IMG/VR virus record: IMGVR_UViG_3300005713_000004
Span: 1-64,000 of that record
Reading direction: 5' to 3' (one strand)
From: a virus
Taxonomy: Duplodnaviria > Caudoviricetes
DNA: 64,000 bases
This document shows positions 9,477 through 17,076 of this stretch, piece by piece; positions within the stretch are counted from its first letter, which is position 1, and the number at the start of each line of letters is the position of its first letter. Both the position numbers and the translations under genes were made by a program. Below the pieces are notes generated by a model. It ran no database searches. It saw only the letters and a program-made list of their open reading frames with translations, and had not been told where the DNA came from.

Positions 9477-9635
9477 TCACCGCGTCGGCTGCGGCGGGCC
9501 CTTCGGCTCCGACGTGCCCAACGGGGTCCCGCTGGGCAGGCTGCCCCGGTCCGCCTCCGTGCGGTGGCGGCCGGTCCCCGTCTCGACCTGCGGGATGGGG
9601 TGCCTACCCGTGGCCTCCGGCGTGTGTCGCGCCAT
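9477..9635 (-). CDS. small disordered peptide
   Basis: AGGAGG RBS then MARHTPEATGRH...; end at the ORF-track stop, start approximate. Confidence 0.45.
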   Translation of the reverse strand: MARHTPEATGRHPIPQVETGTGRHRTEADRGSLPSGTPLGTSEPKGPPQPTR

Positions 9636-9925
9636 CGGTCTACCTCCTGTGCGTGGTGGTTGTGGTGGCTCCACCTCGACCCCCTGCACCGGCGAGCGGT
9701 GGTCTGTGGGGGTCGAGGTGGGGGGAGTGCCCTCCGGGCCGGTCGCCGCTCCCCGCGACGCTCACTCCCATCCCGGGACACCGACCGTCCATGCCCCGAA
9801 GGGGTCTCGGCCGGATCCTCCGTGAGCGGAGGTTGCCGGGCTCGTCCCCGGCTGCCACCGTCCCGTAGGACACCCCGGGTCCGTGCCCCTGTGGGGGTCA
9901 CCCGGAGATCCTCCCGGTGGGGGAG

Positions 9926-10047
9926 GTTATTGAGTTATCAAGGGGCGGAGCCCCGGGGGGCTTCCGTCCCCCTCATGAGAACTACTTTACACGGTTTCCG
10001 GGGAGAGTCAAGCCGAATCCGTAGGCCGATCGGGTGACTTCCCACGG
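9926..10047 (-). promoter_or_regulatory. promoter TTGACT-16-TAAAGT with upstream GTCACCCGATCGG box and boxA-like leader TTGATAACTCAATAAC
   Basis: Repeat-family match. Confidence 0.8.
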
Positions 10048-10349
10048 CGAGCCCGGCTGCGAGCGACCCGCGCCGCCACGATCACCACCACGTACCAGCC
10101 CACGGCCAGCGGCCGTAGCAGCGCCAGCAGCAGCGACAGGACCGCCACGACCAGCGCGAACGGGCCCCGGTGCTGCTCGCGGAACGCCCGGAAGCCGTCG
10201 AGGATCCCGGCCGCTTCGTCCACTCCCGGCTGTCCCGCGTCCCGCTCCGGGAGGTGGTCCCACCCGCCGGTCAGGATGTGGAACGCGAGAGCCGCGACGA
10301 GCAGCCCCACGACCACGTACGCGAGGGCCACGATGTCGCCCGCGCTCAC
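10008..10349 (-). CDS. membrane protein
   Basis: Two to three hydrophobic segments. Confidence 0.65.
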   Translation of the reverse strand: MSAGDIVALAYVVVGLLVAALAFHILTGGWDHLPERDAGQPGVDEAAGILDGFRAFREQHRGPFALVVAVLSLLLALLRPLAVGWYVVVIVAARVARSRARRGKSPDRPTDSA

Positions 10350-10609
10350 CGCCACGACCTCGTCCGCAGGCGCCTGCGGATCCCGTTCACGAGCGGGATC
10401 GGCCACGCGACGATCGTCATCACGCAGACGACCGCGATGACGATCGCGGCCACCCGGTGGTCCTCGTGGCGGATGCCCTCGACGATCCGGCGCCGCGCCG
10501 GGTTCGTGGCCCGGTGGTCGGCCCGCCCGGACACGAGGTCGAGCAGGGACGCGGCCATGGCCAGCCCGCAGACGAGGTAGCCGACGATGGCGAGTTCGAG
10601 CCCGGTCAC
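10346..10609 (-). CDS. membrane protein
   Basis: Two TM segments; resembles its neighbours. Confidence 0.65.
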   Translation of the reverse strand: MTGLELAIVGYLVCGLAMAASLLDLVSGRADHRATNPARRRIVEGIRHEDHRVAAIVIAVVCVMTIVAWPIPLVNGIRRRLRTRSWR

Positions 10610-10827
10610 CGCTGCGCCCACCGGACGACGACGACCCCGACCAGCAGGACCGCGAACACGGGCCACGCGATGACCCACAACAGGCAGGCGCCCAGCGTAG
10701 CGCCGCCCGCCTCGACGAGGGCGCGCCCGCCGTCCGTGGCGCCGAAGATGAGCCGGGCCATCGCGGCGGCTCCGGCGAGGTAGACGACGAAGGGCAGCAG
10801 CGGGGCGAGGCTCGCGAGCGTGGACAC
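10606..10827 (-). CDS. membrane protein
   Basis: Two TM segments; start codon inside a CGTGGACACG motif. Confidence 0.65.
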   Translation of the reverse strand: MSTLASLAPLLPFVVYLAGAAAMARLIFGATDGGRALVEAGGATLGACLLWVIAWPVFAVLLVGVVVVRWAQR

Positions 10828-10829
10828 GG

Positions 10830-11135
10830 TCAGCCCACCTCGACCCAGCGGCCGACGCAGGCGAGGACGTCGCCGTACGAGCCGGAGTCCATGACCTCCG
10901 CGCGGAACGCCTTGACGGCTGCGGCGTCGGCTCCGGCGCGGCCCAGCGCGCGGGCGACGCGGCCCATGATGGCGCCCACGTTCCCGTCCTCGCCGGAGAG
11001 CTGAGCGAAGGCGTCGGGGTAGTACGGGCGCTCCGGGTCGCGGTCGGGCCAGTGGATCGGGTGGGCGCAGGTGGTGGACTCCGCCTGCGTGGCGGGGTGG
11101 TCGGCGATGGGGCAGGTCTGTTCGGCCGTGGACAC
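10830..11135 (-). CDS. conserved phage hypothetical protein
   Basis: QLSGEDGNVGAIMGRV...SGSYGDVL motif typical of a widespread small phage protein. Confidence 0.7.
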   Translation of the reverse strand: MSTAEQTCPIADHPATQAESTTCAHPIHWPDRDPERPYYPDAFAQLSGEDGNVGAIMGRVARALGRAGADAAAVKAFRAEVMDSGSYGDVLACVGRWVEVG

Positions 11136-11199
11136 GGCTTCCTCCTGTGGAACAAGGTCCGCCCCCGCCGGGTGGCGGGGGCGGAGGGTGGGCGGTCGG

Positions 11200-11406
11200 T
11201 CAGTCCTGCTCGAAGAGGTGGGGGGCGACGGTGAGGCGCTTGCCCTTGCGGGACCAGCCGCCGACGCCTCCGGTGAGGGTCTCGACGAGCAAGCGGCCGT
11301 GGCTGTAGCCGATGAGGACCACGGGGGCCCACAGGGTGGCGGAGTGGGTGACAACCCCGGTGATCTCTGCGTCGCGGGCGGTGGCGGCTGCGGTGGTGGT
11401 GTTCAT
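11200..11406 (-). CDS. hypothetical protein, leaderless
   Basis: ATG 7 nt after the -10 element. Confidence 0.7.
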   Translation of the reverse strand: MNTTTAAATARDAEITGVVTHSATLWAPVVLIGYSHGRLLVETLTGGVGGWSRKGKRLTVAPHLFEQD

Positions 11407-11413
11407 GAGGTAG

Positions 11414-11455
11414 ACACTACACGACCCCCGGGGGATGTCAACCCCGGGGGTCGTG
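11414..11455 (-). promoter_or_regulatory. promoter TTGACA-16-TAGTGT inside a 14-bp inverted repeat
   Basis: Arms 11420-11433 and 11442-11455. Confidence 0.8.
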
Positions 11456-11473
11456 AGTTTCCAACCGGCCCGA

Positions 11474-11740
11474 TCAGGCAGGGCTACCCCCGTCGATCGG
11501 ACGGCCCCACATCGGGTCCCATCGCGGGAGCCGGGTCGTGTGCACGAAGTTGAACTCGCACACGTACACCCGCGCCAGCCCCCACCGGTCAGCGTTCACC
11601 TGCGCCTCCGCCTTGCTCCCGAAGATCGCCTTCCCGCACTCGCAGCGCGGCCGACGCTCCCGCGCCTTCCGGCGCTTCCGGCGAGCGTGGTGGTTCGGCG
11701 GAGCGTTCCCGGTCATGCGGAGGTGAGTGTGTCTCCCCAC
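11474..11740 (-). CDS. small Zn-finger-like protein
   Basis: CECGK..F....A....Y.C...HTT motif common in actinophages. Confidence 0.65.
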   Translation of the reverse strand: MGRHTHLRMTGNAPPNHHARRKRRKARERRPRCECGKAIFGSKAEAQVNADRWGLARVYVCEFNFVHTTRLPRWDPMWGRPIDGGSPA

Positions 11741-11759
11741 CGCTGGTCCTCCCTTCCTC

Positions 11760-12110
11760 CTACGCCACGGGCTCGTCCCACGGCGTCCACTCGTAGAACG
11801 CGAGCCACGTCCGGAACGTCACGGGCCGCGCGTCCTCGTCCTGTCCCGCCACCTCGATACGGCGGATGTCCGCATCCTGTGCGAGCCGGAAGCCCTCGAC
11901 CATCTCGCAGTGCCGACAGTTCCCGCTGTGCCGGTTTCGTGAGGCGAGGCGCTTCGCACAGCGGGTCGAGCAGGTCCGCGCCCGCGCCCACGGCTGCTCG
12001 TCCCGGTCGAGGACGAAGGGGTCCCCGCAGGACGCGCAGAGCCCAGCAGCGAACCGGACCCCCGCTCGTGGGCGGTGGCCCGGCGCTGCTGGGCTGCGAC
12101 GCGTGGACAC
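11760..12110 (-). CDS. Cys-rich hypothetical protein
   Basis: CASC, CSTRC, CRHC; start inside a CGTGGACACG motif. Confidence 0.6.
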   Translation of the reverse strand: MSTRRSPAAPGHRPRAGVRFAAGLCASCGDPFVLDRDEQPWARARTCSTRCAKRLASRNRHSGNCRHCEMVEGFRLAQDADIRRIEVAGQDEDARPVTFRTWLAFYEWTPWDEPVA

Positions 12111-12112
12111 GG

Positions 12113-12352
12113 TCAGTCCTCGACCTGCTCGCGCGGCTGCGCGTGACGCCCGGCGCGGCAGTTCTCCACGACCGCGCGGGACTGCCGGGCGATCAGGTCG
12201 TAATGGTCGCGGACGCGGGCGCGTCGGGCCTGCTCGACCAGCCACGGGGACGAGTCGCCGACCGTGTGGATCCGGATGCCACCCGGGGTCATCGGGGCGT
12301 CGGCCCAGCGGAGGAAGAGGTCCCGGCACGGAGGGCACAGGGGCGGGTTCAT
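12113..12352 (-). CDS. hypothetical protein
   Basis: MNPPLCPPC... Confidence 0.55.
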   Translation of the reverse strand: MNPPLCPPCRDLFLRWADAPMTPGGIRIHTVGDSSPWLVEQARRARVRDHYDLIARQSRAVVENCRAGRHAQPREQVED

Positions 12353-12354
12353 GG

Positions 12355-12657
12355 TCACCTCAGCCACGCGAGGACAGCGGCGCGCTTCCCCCGGCTGCGG
12401 CTGCTGTGGACCTCGCGGACGGTCCACGTCCCGCCCATGTCCATGAGGGCGGAGCCCTGCTCGTCGGCGACGCGGCGGTCCGCGTAGCTCACGCGGCCGG
12501 TGGGGGTCCAGTCGACGGAGATCGCGGTGTCGCCCTTGACGAAGCGGGAGCGGAGGTCTCCGCCGCGCCGCTGGACGTCCCATCCGGCTTCGCGGGCGGC
12601 GGCAATGATCGCTGCGGCGGCCCCGGTGGTGGTCCGGTCTGCGGTGGTGGTGGTCAT
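12355..12657 (-). CDS. hypothetical protein, leaderless
   Basis: ATG 7 nt after the -10 element. Confidence 0.7.
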   Translation of the reverse strand: MTTTTADRTTTGAAAAIIAAAREAGWDVQRRGGDLRSRFVKGDTAISVDWTPTGRVSYADRRVADEQGSALMDMGGTWTVREVHSSRSRGKRAAVLAWLR

Positions 12658-12664
12658 GGTGTAG

Positions 12665-12705
12665 ATACTACACGGCCCCCGCAGGTTGTCAACCTGCGGG
12701 GGCCG
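12665..12705 (-). promoter_or_regulatory. promoter TTGACA-16-TAGTAT inside a perfect 15-bp inverted repeat (3-nt loop)
   Basis: Arms 12673-12687 and 12691-12705. Confidence 0.85.
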
Positions 12706-12719
12706 ATGGGAGCGGACAG

Positions 12720-13019
12720 TCAGGAGATGATCCCCGCCTCGAAGACGACCAGCGTCTCCCCGAACTCGTCGGTCACGACGGAGGAGAACTCGCCCTCCGT
12801 GCGGGCGGCGAGGTCGAGGACCACGGCGAGCATCTCGTCCCGGCCGTTGACGTCGCCCATGGCGAGCGGCCACATGTCGTCGAGGTGGACGCCGACGCCC
12901 CACCGGTCGCCGCGCTCGTCCGGCACGACCTCCGGAACGGCGTAGGTGGCGAGGGACTGGTACGCCATCAGGGCAACGGCGTGGCGGGGGGCGAGGGCGG
13001 GGCGGTCGGTGTTCGTCAT
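12720..13019 (-). CDS. hypothetical protein, leaderless
   Basis: ATG 7 nt after the -10 element. Confidence 0.7.
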   Translation of the reverse strand: MTNTDRPALAPRHAVALMAYQSLATYAVPEVVPDERGDRWGVGVHLDDMWPLAMGDVNGRDEMLAVVLDLAARTEGEFSSVVTDEFGETLVVFEAGIIS

Positions 13020-13026
13020 GAGGTAG

Positions 13027-13068
13027 ACATTACACGACCCCCCGGGGATGTCAACACCCGGGGGGTCG
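13027..13068 (-). promoter_or_regulatory. promoter TTGACA-16-TAATGT inside an inverted repeat
   Basis: Arms 13035-13047 and 13055-13068 (one bulge). Confidence 0.8.
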
Positions 13069-13078
13069 GTGGTCTCGA

Positions 13079-13330
13079 TCAGACGAGCGCCGAGACGAGG
13101 TCCCGCGCCATCGCGGGGGCCGCCTCGCGCGGGATCGCCGCGACGTCGCCGGTCCACAGGATGTGCCGCCCGTCGCGGCGGCTACTGCGGCTCCACACGG
13201 TCCGGCGCAGGACGAGCGTCGCCGGGTCGTCGGCGACCCAGTCCATCTCGACGAGCACGTCCGGCGTGGAGACGAGCGTCGTCGCGTGGCGCTCGTCCCA
13301 CCGGGGGTAGTCGGCGGCGGTGTCGGTCAT
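13079..13330 (-). CDS. hypothetical protein
   Basis: MTDTAADYPRWDERH... Confidence 0.6.
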   Translation of the reverse strand: MTDTAADYPRWDERHATTLVSTPDVLVEMDWVADDPATLVLRRTVWSRSSRRDGRHILWTGDVAAIPREAAPAMARDLVSALV

Positions 13331-13334
13331 GATC

Positions 13335-13544
13335 TCAGCCCTTCGGGTGGACGGCGTCGCGGACGTCGAGGATCTTGCCGAGCACGCCCGCCCACTCCTG
13401 CGCCTCCGGGCCGCCGTAGCGGACCATGCGCTCACGGAAGGTCTCGACGCGTGCGACGAGGTCCGCGAGGTTCTCGGCGCGCTCGCGCTCCGCCTGCTGG
13501 CCTCGCAGGGCCGCGTCCAGGGCGCGGGATCCGGTGCTCGCCAT
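13335..13544 (-). CDS. small coiled-coil protein
   Basis: AGGAGG RBS. Confidence 0.7.
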   Translation of the reverse strand: MASTGSRALDAALRGQQAERERAENLADLVARVETFRERMVRYGGPEAQEWAGVLGKILDVRDAVHPKG

Positions 13545-13581
13545 CGTGGGTTCCTCCTGTGGTGGTGGGGTGTTGAGATAG

Positions 13582-13621
13582 AGACTACACGGCCCCCGTG
13601 GGATGTCAACCCACGGGGGCC
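13582..13621 (-). promoter_or_regulatory. promoter TTGACA-16-TAGTCT inside a 12-bp inverted repeat
   Basis: Arms 13591-13602 and 13610-13621. Confidence 0.8.
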
Positions 13622-13639
13622 CTGTACGTGCTCCCGCTA

Positions 13640-13897
13640 TTACGTGCCCTTGCCCCACTTCGTCCGTGGCGCCGGAGGCGCAGGCGGCGGCGTCTTCGGG
13701 CGGGGCGGGAGTGGGGCGCTCCGGGCCTCCCGCTGCTCGTACAGCAGCCGCGCCCGCGCGTTGTCCGCCTCCGCCCGCGCCATCGACCGGCGCGCCTCCG
13801 TGAGCCGGTCAGCCACCCCCACGACCGCGCAGACGACGAGCAGCGCGAGGAAGAACGCGGACACCGGGTTCGCGGCGGCGAAGTCGAGGACGCTCAC
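13640..13897 (-). CDS. membrane protein with coiled-coil tail
   Basis: N-terminal TM segment. Confidence 0.65.
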   Translation of the reverse strand: MSVLDFAAANPVSAFFLALLVVCAVVGVADRLTEARRSMARAEADNARARLLYEQREARSAPLPPRPKTPPPAPPAPRTKWGKGT

Positions 13898-14088
13898 CGT
13901 GGCCTACCCAGCAGACCCAGCAGCCCCCACCCCGCGAGCCACCACACGACCGCCGGGGTCGGGATCCCACCGGCGAGGATCTCCCACCCGGCGACCCACA
14001 GCAGCGACAGCGCGGACACCGCGAGGATCCCCGACGAGGTCCCCCGGTTCTGCGCCCGCTGCTCGGCGGCCGGGCCCTGCGCGATCAC
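13894..14088 (-). CDS. small two-TM protein
   Basis: Hydrophobic segments; overlapping junctions. Confidence 0.6.
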   Translation of the reverse strand: MIAQGPAAEQRAQNRGTSSGILAVSALSLLWVAGWEILAGGIPTPAVVWWLAGWGLLGLLGRPR

Positions 14089-14103
14089 ACGCCGTCCCGG
14101 CGG

Positions 14104-14796
14104 TCACGGGCGAGCGAGTGGAGCAGCGCCCGGAGGTCCGACTTCGTCGCCTGCGGGTTGTCCAGCCGGAGCAGGTGGAGCCGCTCCGCTCGCGTCACCC
14201 GACCCGCCTTCCGGGTCGACGCCTGCGCCCGGCGCTCCGTCGCCGCCGCCACCTGCTCCGGGGTCACCGGTCGGCCCCGGTCCATCGGAGGGAAGGGGGA
14301 CGGGGCCGCTGCTGCTGCTCGGACCCGGGCCGGGGGTCGCTGTCGGAGCAGGGTCGCGAGTCGCTGGGCTCGTCGGTGGCTGCGCGGTCCGCGCGGGTGG
14401 GTCGGTGGGGTCTGCTCCCGCTCCGGGTCGAGCGCCACCGCTTCCCGGTGTCGCTGGTCCTGCTGCTGTCGTGGGGTTGGCACTGGTGGTGTCCTCCGTG
14501 ATGTAGGGCAGGAGGACCGGGACCTCTCGGACCACGGTCTCCGGGGGTGGTGGCGGGATCGTGACGACCAGCGTGGTTGCGGGCACGTCGGGCGGGAACT
14601 GCGGGACGGTGATCGGGGCGCCTTCGCCCCGGAGCAGGGCGCGGACGTCGTCGAAGGCGGAGAGCGGGCCCGCGAGGTGGGAGAGCCATCCTCCCCCGGC
14701 GAGGGCTACCGCTGCGGCGGTGAGGTAGCAGGGCCACCGGTACGCGTCGAGGTCGAGGCGCCTCCGGGGGACCTGCTCGATCTGCTGCGTGTCCAC
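14104..14796 (-). CDS. membrane-anchored Pro/Thr/Gly-rich protein
   Basis: TM segment then low-complexity tail; divergent from the transfer operon; start inside a CGTGTCCACG motif. Confidence 0.55.
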   Translation of the reverse strand: MDTQQIEQVPRRRLDLDAYRWPCYLTAAAVALAGGGWLSHLAGPLSAFDDVRALLRGEGAPITVPQFPPDVPATTLVVTIPPPPPETVVREVPVLLPYITEDTTSANPTTAAGPATPGSGGARPGAGADPTDPPARTAQPPTSPATRDPAPTATPGPGPSSSSGPVPLPSDGPGPTGDPGAGGGGDGAPGAGVDPEGGSGDASGAAPPAPAGQPAGDEVGPPGAAPLARP

Positions 14797-14901
14797 GCCC
14801 CCCATCCTGCTCCGATCCACGGTACCCAGGTATTGTATCGGCAGGCGTTCCACTTCGGAACGCGGGAGGAGTTCGGGGCATGGACCAGACGGGGAGGCCC
14901 G

Positions 14902-15117
14902 GTGGCGGAACCGGTAGTACCGCTGCTCGCGGAACTGCGAGCGCTGCGGGAAGCGAGGGACCGGTGGCACAGCCGGGCGCCGGAGATCGTCCGGCTGCTG
15001 CGGGAACAGGGGGTGAGCCTGCCCGCGATCCGGGAGGCGACCGGGGTCGCGCAGGCGACCGCGCATCGGCTCGCGTCCTCCACGTCGCGCAACTCACGCT
15101 CGCCGGACCCCCGGTGA
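14902..15117 (+). CDS. small HTH DNA-binding protein (candidate transfer-operon regulator)
   Basis: GGGGAGG RBS; GVSLPAIREATGVAQATAHRL helix-turn-helix pattern. Confidence 0.7.
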   Translation: MAEPVVPLLAELRALREARDRWHSRAPEIVRLLREQGVSLPAIREATGVAQATAHRLASSTSRNSRSPDPR

Positions 15118-15223
15118 ACGTGTGCGACGAGCGGCCGTGGCAGGCGGCGGAGGCGGACGCGGAGCAGTGCCGCGCCTGCCAGACGAAGCAGTGGGTTCGG
15201 GCCGGGCGACAGGGAGAGACCCG

Positions 15224-15418
15224 ATGATCGCGGCGGCTGCGCTCGCCGTGATCCTGCTGGGCGTCCTGCTGTTCCGGGGCGACGCCGGGCGCGTCGGGAT
15301 CCTCGTCGCGTTCGCCTGCGGCTCCGTGCTGTCCGGCGCGGCGATGCTGTGGGGTCTCGGATACGACCTGCTCGGCGTGGTCGTACAGGTGGCGTCGAGC
15401 GTGGCAGGGATCGGCTGA
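15224..15418 (+). CDS. small two-TM membrane protein
   Basis: Hydrophobic; stop overlaps start of next gene. Confidence 0.65.
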   Translation: MIAAAALAVILLGVLLFRGDAGRVGILVAFACGSVLSGAAMLWGLGYDLLGVVVQVASSVAGIG

Positions 15419-17031
15419 TGGCCACGTCCTCGACGAGTCGCCGCGCGGACGCGACCCCGGCGGCTCCGCCCACCCCCCCGGCTTCGCGTCCGGCGCAGGG
15501 TCGGCCGCAGCGGACCGACGCCCCCGGCGCCGACGAGGGCGTGGACACGAAGCGGCCCGGCCTGCCGGTGTGGGTCCTCGCGGTGCCCGCCGTGCTGGCC
15601 GTGGCGATGTGGATCGGGTGGGCGTTCGGGTGGGGGTGGGGTGTCGCGTTCGCGGTGGCCGCGCTGCTCGCCCTGCTCGTGTGGCGGCTGCTGGTCGCCC
15701 GGAAGGCCCGCGACGCGAAGAGCACGAAGGACGGGAAGGGCAGCCGGTCGGCCGCCCGGAGGGAGCGCAGGTGGAACAGGCGGACGACGGACGGGTCTAC
15801 CCGTTCGGGACAGCCGGGGTCGGCTCGTGGTCTTCGGGGGCTGGCACAGCGGCTGCGTGCGAGGGCTGCGGGGAACCCGTTCCGTGGCGGTACCTCCGGT
15901 GGGGGCCGGTCGAGCGGGACGGGCGGGTCGTCGTCGAGCGGCTCGAACCGGCGTGGCACCCGGCGTGCGGGCGGCGGGCCGCGTGGCAAGGGCTCCGGGC
16001 TGATGTCGCGACGGCGCGGGATGCGGTCGTCCTCGTCGGGGAAGGGCTCGCCCGGCTCGTCCCGCCGATCGTCGGGGCCGTCGGGCCCGTCCTCGAAGCG
16101 GGGGTCCCGATCGTCGTCGAGCGGTTCGGGGTGGTGGTCGCGACTGCGCGGGAAGTCGGGCGCGTCCACCTCGTCCAGGCGCGGCGGGGGCTCCGGTGGG
16201 TCCGGGTCGACCGGGTCGGGCGGGCGGCCGGGCGGTGGGTCGGGGGGCTCGTCGTCCGGGTGGACGCGGCGCGGCAGGAGTGGGCGCGCGGGGTGGGCTA
16301 CACCCGGGCGTGGCGGCGGGCACTCGACGGGGACGACGAGGTGGGTCCCGTGGTGGCGGCGCCGGGGTGGCGCGGGTGGGACGTCCTCCCCGGGGGGGAG
16401 CGGTTCCGGCCGCTCGCGCCGGGGGAGTTCGAGCGGTGGGGGTTCCGGTGGGACGGGCGGCACGCCTCCGTCATCCGGCGGGACCCGGCCGCAGGGGAAG
16501 CGGGCCCGGCTTCGGGGGCGGGGGTCCTCGACGCCTTCCGGCGGTTCGACGGGATCGGGCCCAGCGGGCACGGGGACGTGGACACGCCGTCGCAGCAGCG
16601 GCGGCGCCGACAGGGCCGCAGGCCCGGACAGGAGTAGCGACATGCCGAAGAGCAGCAGCGCGCCGCGTGGGCGGCGGGGGACCGGGGCCGGGCCGTGGGG
16701 CCCGATGGTGGACGCGGCGGCGAACGTCGCCCGCGCGTTCTCCGACCCGGTGGCCATGGAGGGCGTGAACGCGCTCGACACGGCCGGGGACGCGTGGGAG
16801 CAGATGGGCCGGTCCGTCAAGGTTGTGGGCGCCACGATCGCCGACGAGATCGATTGGGACCCGCGCGTGGCCCGGTTCTTCGAGGTGATGGGGGACGTCC
16901 TCATCCGGGCTGCGAAGCCCGCCCGCGACGGTGCCGCCGCTGTCCGGCGCGCGGAGCACGAGCGGATCAACAACGTGGAGGAGGGCGGCTCGCGCCGTCG
17001 CCGGTGGGATATCAGCGCCCACGACAACTAG
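15418..17031 (+). CDS. TraA-like accessory transfer protein (TM, long Gly/Ser/Arg linker, helical C-terminal domain)
   Basis: C-terminus AEHERINNVEEG...RWDISAHDN resembles proteins encoded just upstream of traB on actinomycete plasmids; position. Confidence 0.55.
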   Translation: MATSSTSRRADATPAAPPTPPASRPAQGRPQRTDAPGADEGVDTKRPGLPVWVLAVPAVLAVAMWIGWAFGWGWGVAFAVAALLALLVWRLLVARKARDAKSTKDGKGSRSAARRERRWNRRTTDGSTRSGQPGSARGLRGLAQRLRARAAGNPFRGGTSGGGRSSGTGGSSSSGSNRRGTRRAGGGPRGKGSGLMSRRRGMRSSSSGKGSPGSSRRSSGPSGPSSKRGSRSSSSGSGWWSRLRGKSGASTSSRRGGGSGGSGSTGSGGRPGGGSGGSSSGWTRRGRSGRAGWATPGRGGGHSTGTTRWVPWWRRRGGAGGTSSPGGSGSGRSRRGSSSGGGSGGTGGTPPSSGGTRPQGKRARLRGRGSSTPSGGSTGSGPAGTGTWTRRRSSGGADRAAGPDRSSDMPKSSSAPRGRRGTGAGPWGPMVDAAANVARAFSDPVAMEGVNALDTAGDAWEQMGRSVKVVGATIADEIDWDPRVARFFEVMGDVLIRAAKPARDGAAAVRRAEHERINNVEEGGSRRRRWDISAHDN

Positions 17032-17076
17032 GCCGCAGGGCCTAGGCAGTACCAACCACCACCACAGGAGGACCAC

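Noticed and set aside
12665-12705. N4-type virion RNA polymerase hairpin promoter
   Set aside because: No RNA polymerase gene is visible, and canonical -35/-10 boxes with correctly spaced leaderless ATGs point to the host sigma70-family enzyme
15780-16700. Gly/Ser/Arg repeats as a collagen-like or toxin domain
   Set aside because: No Gly-X-Y periodicity or catalytic motif; treated as a disordered linker
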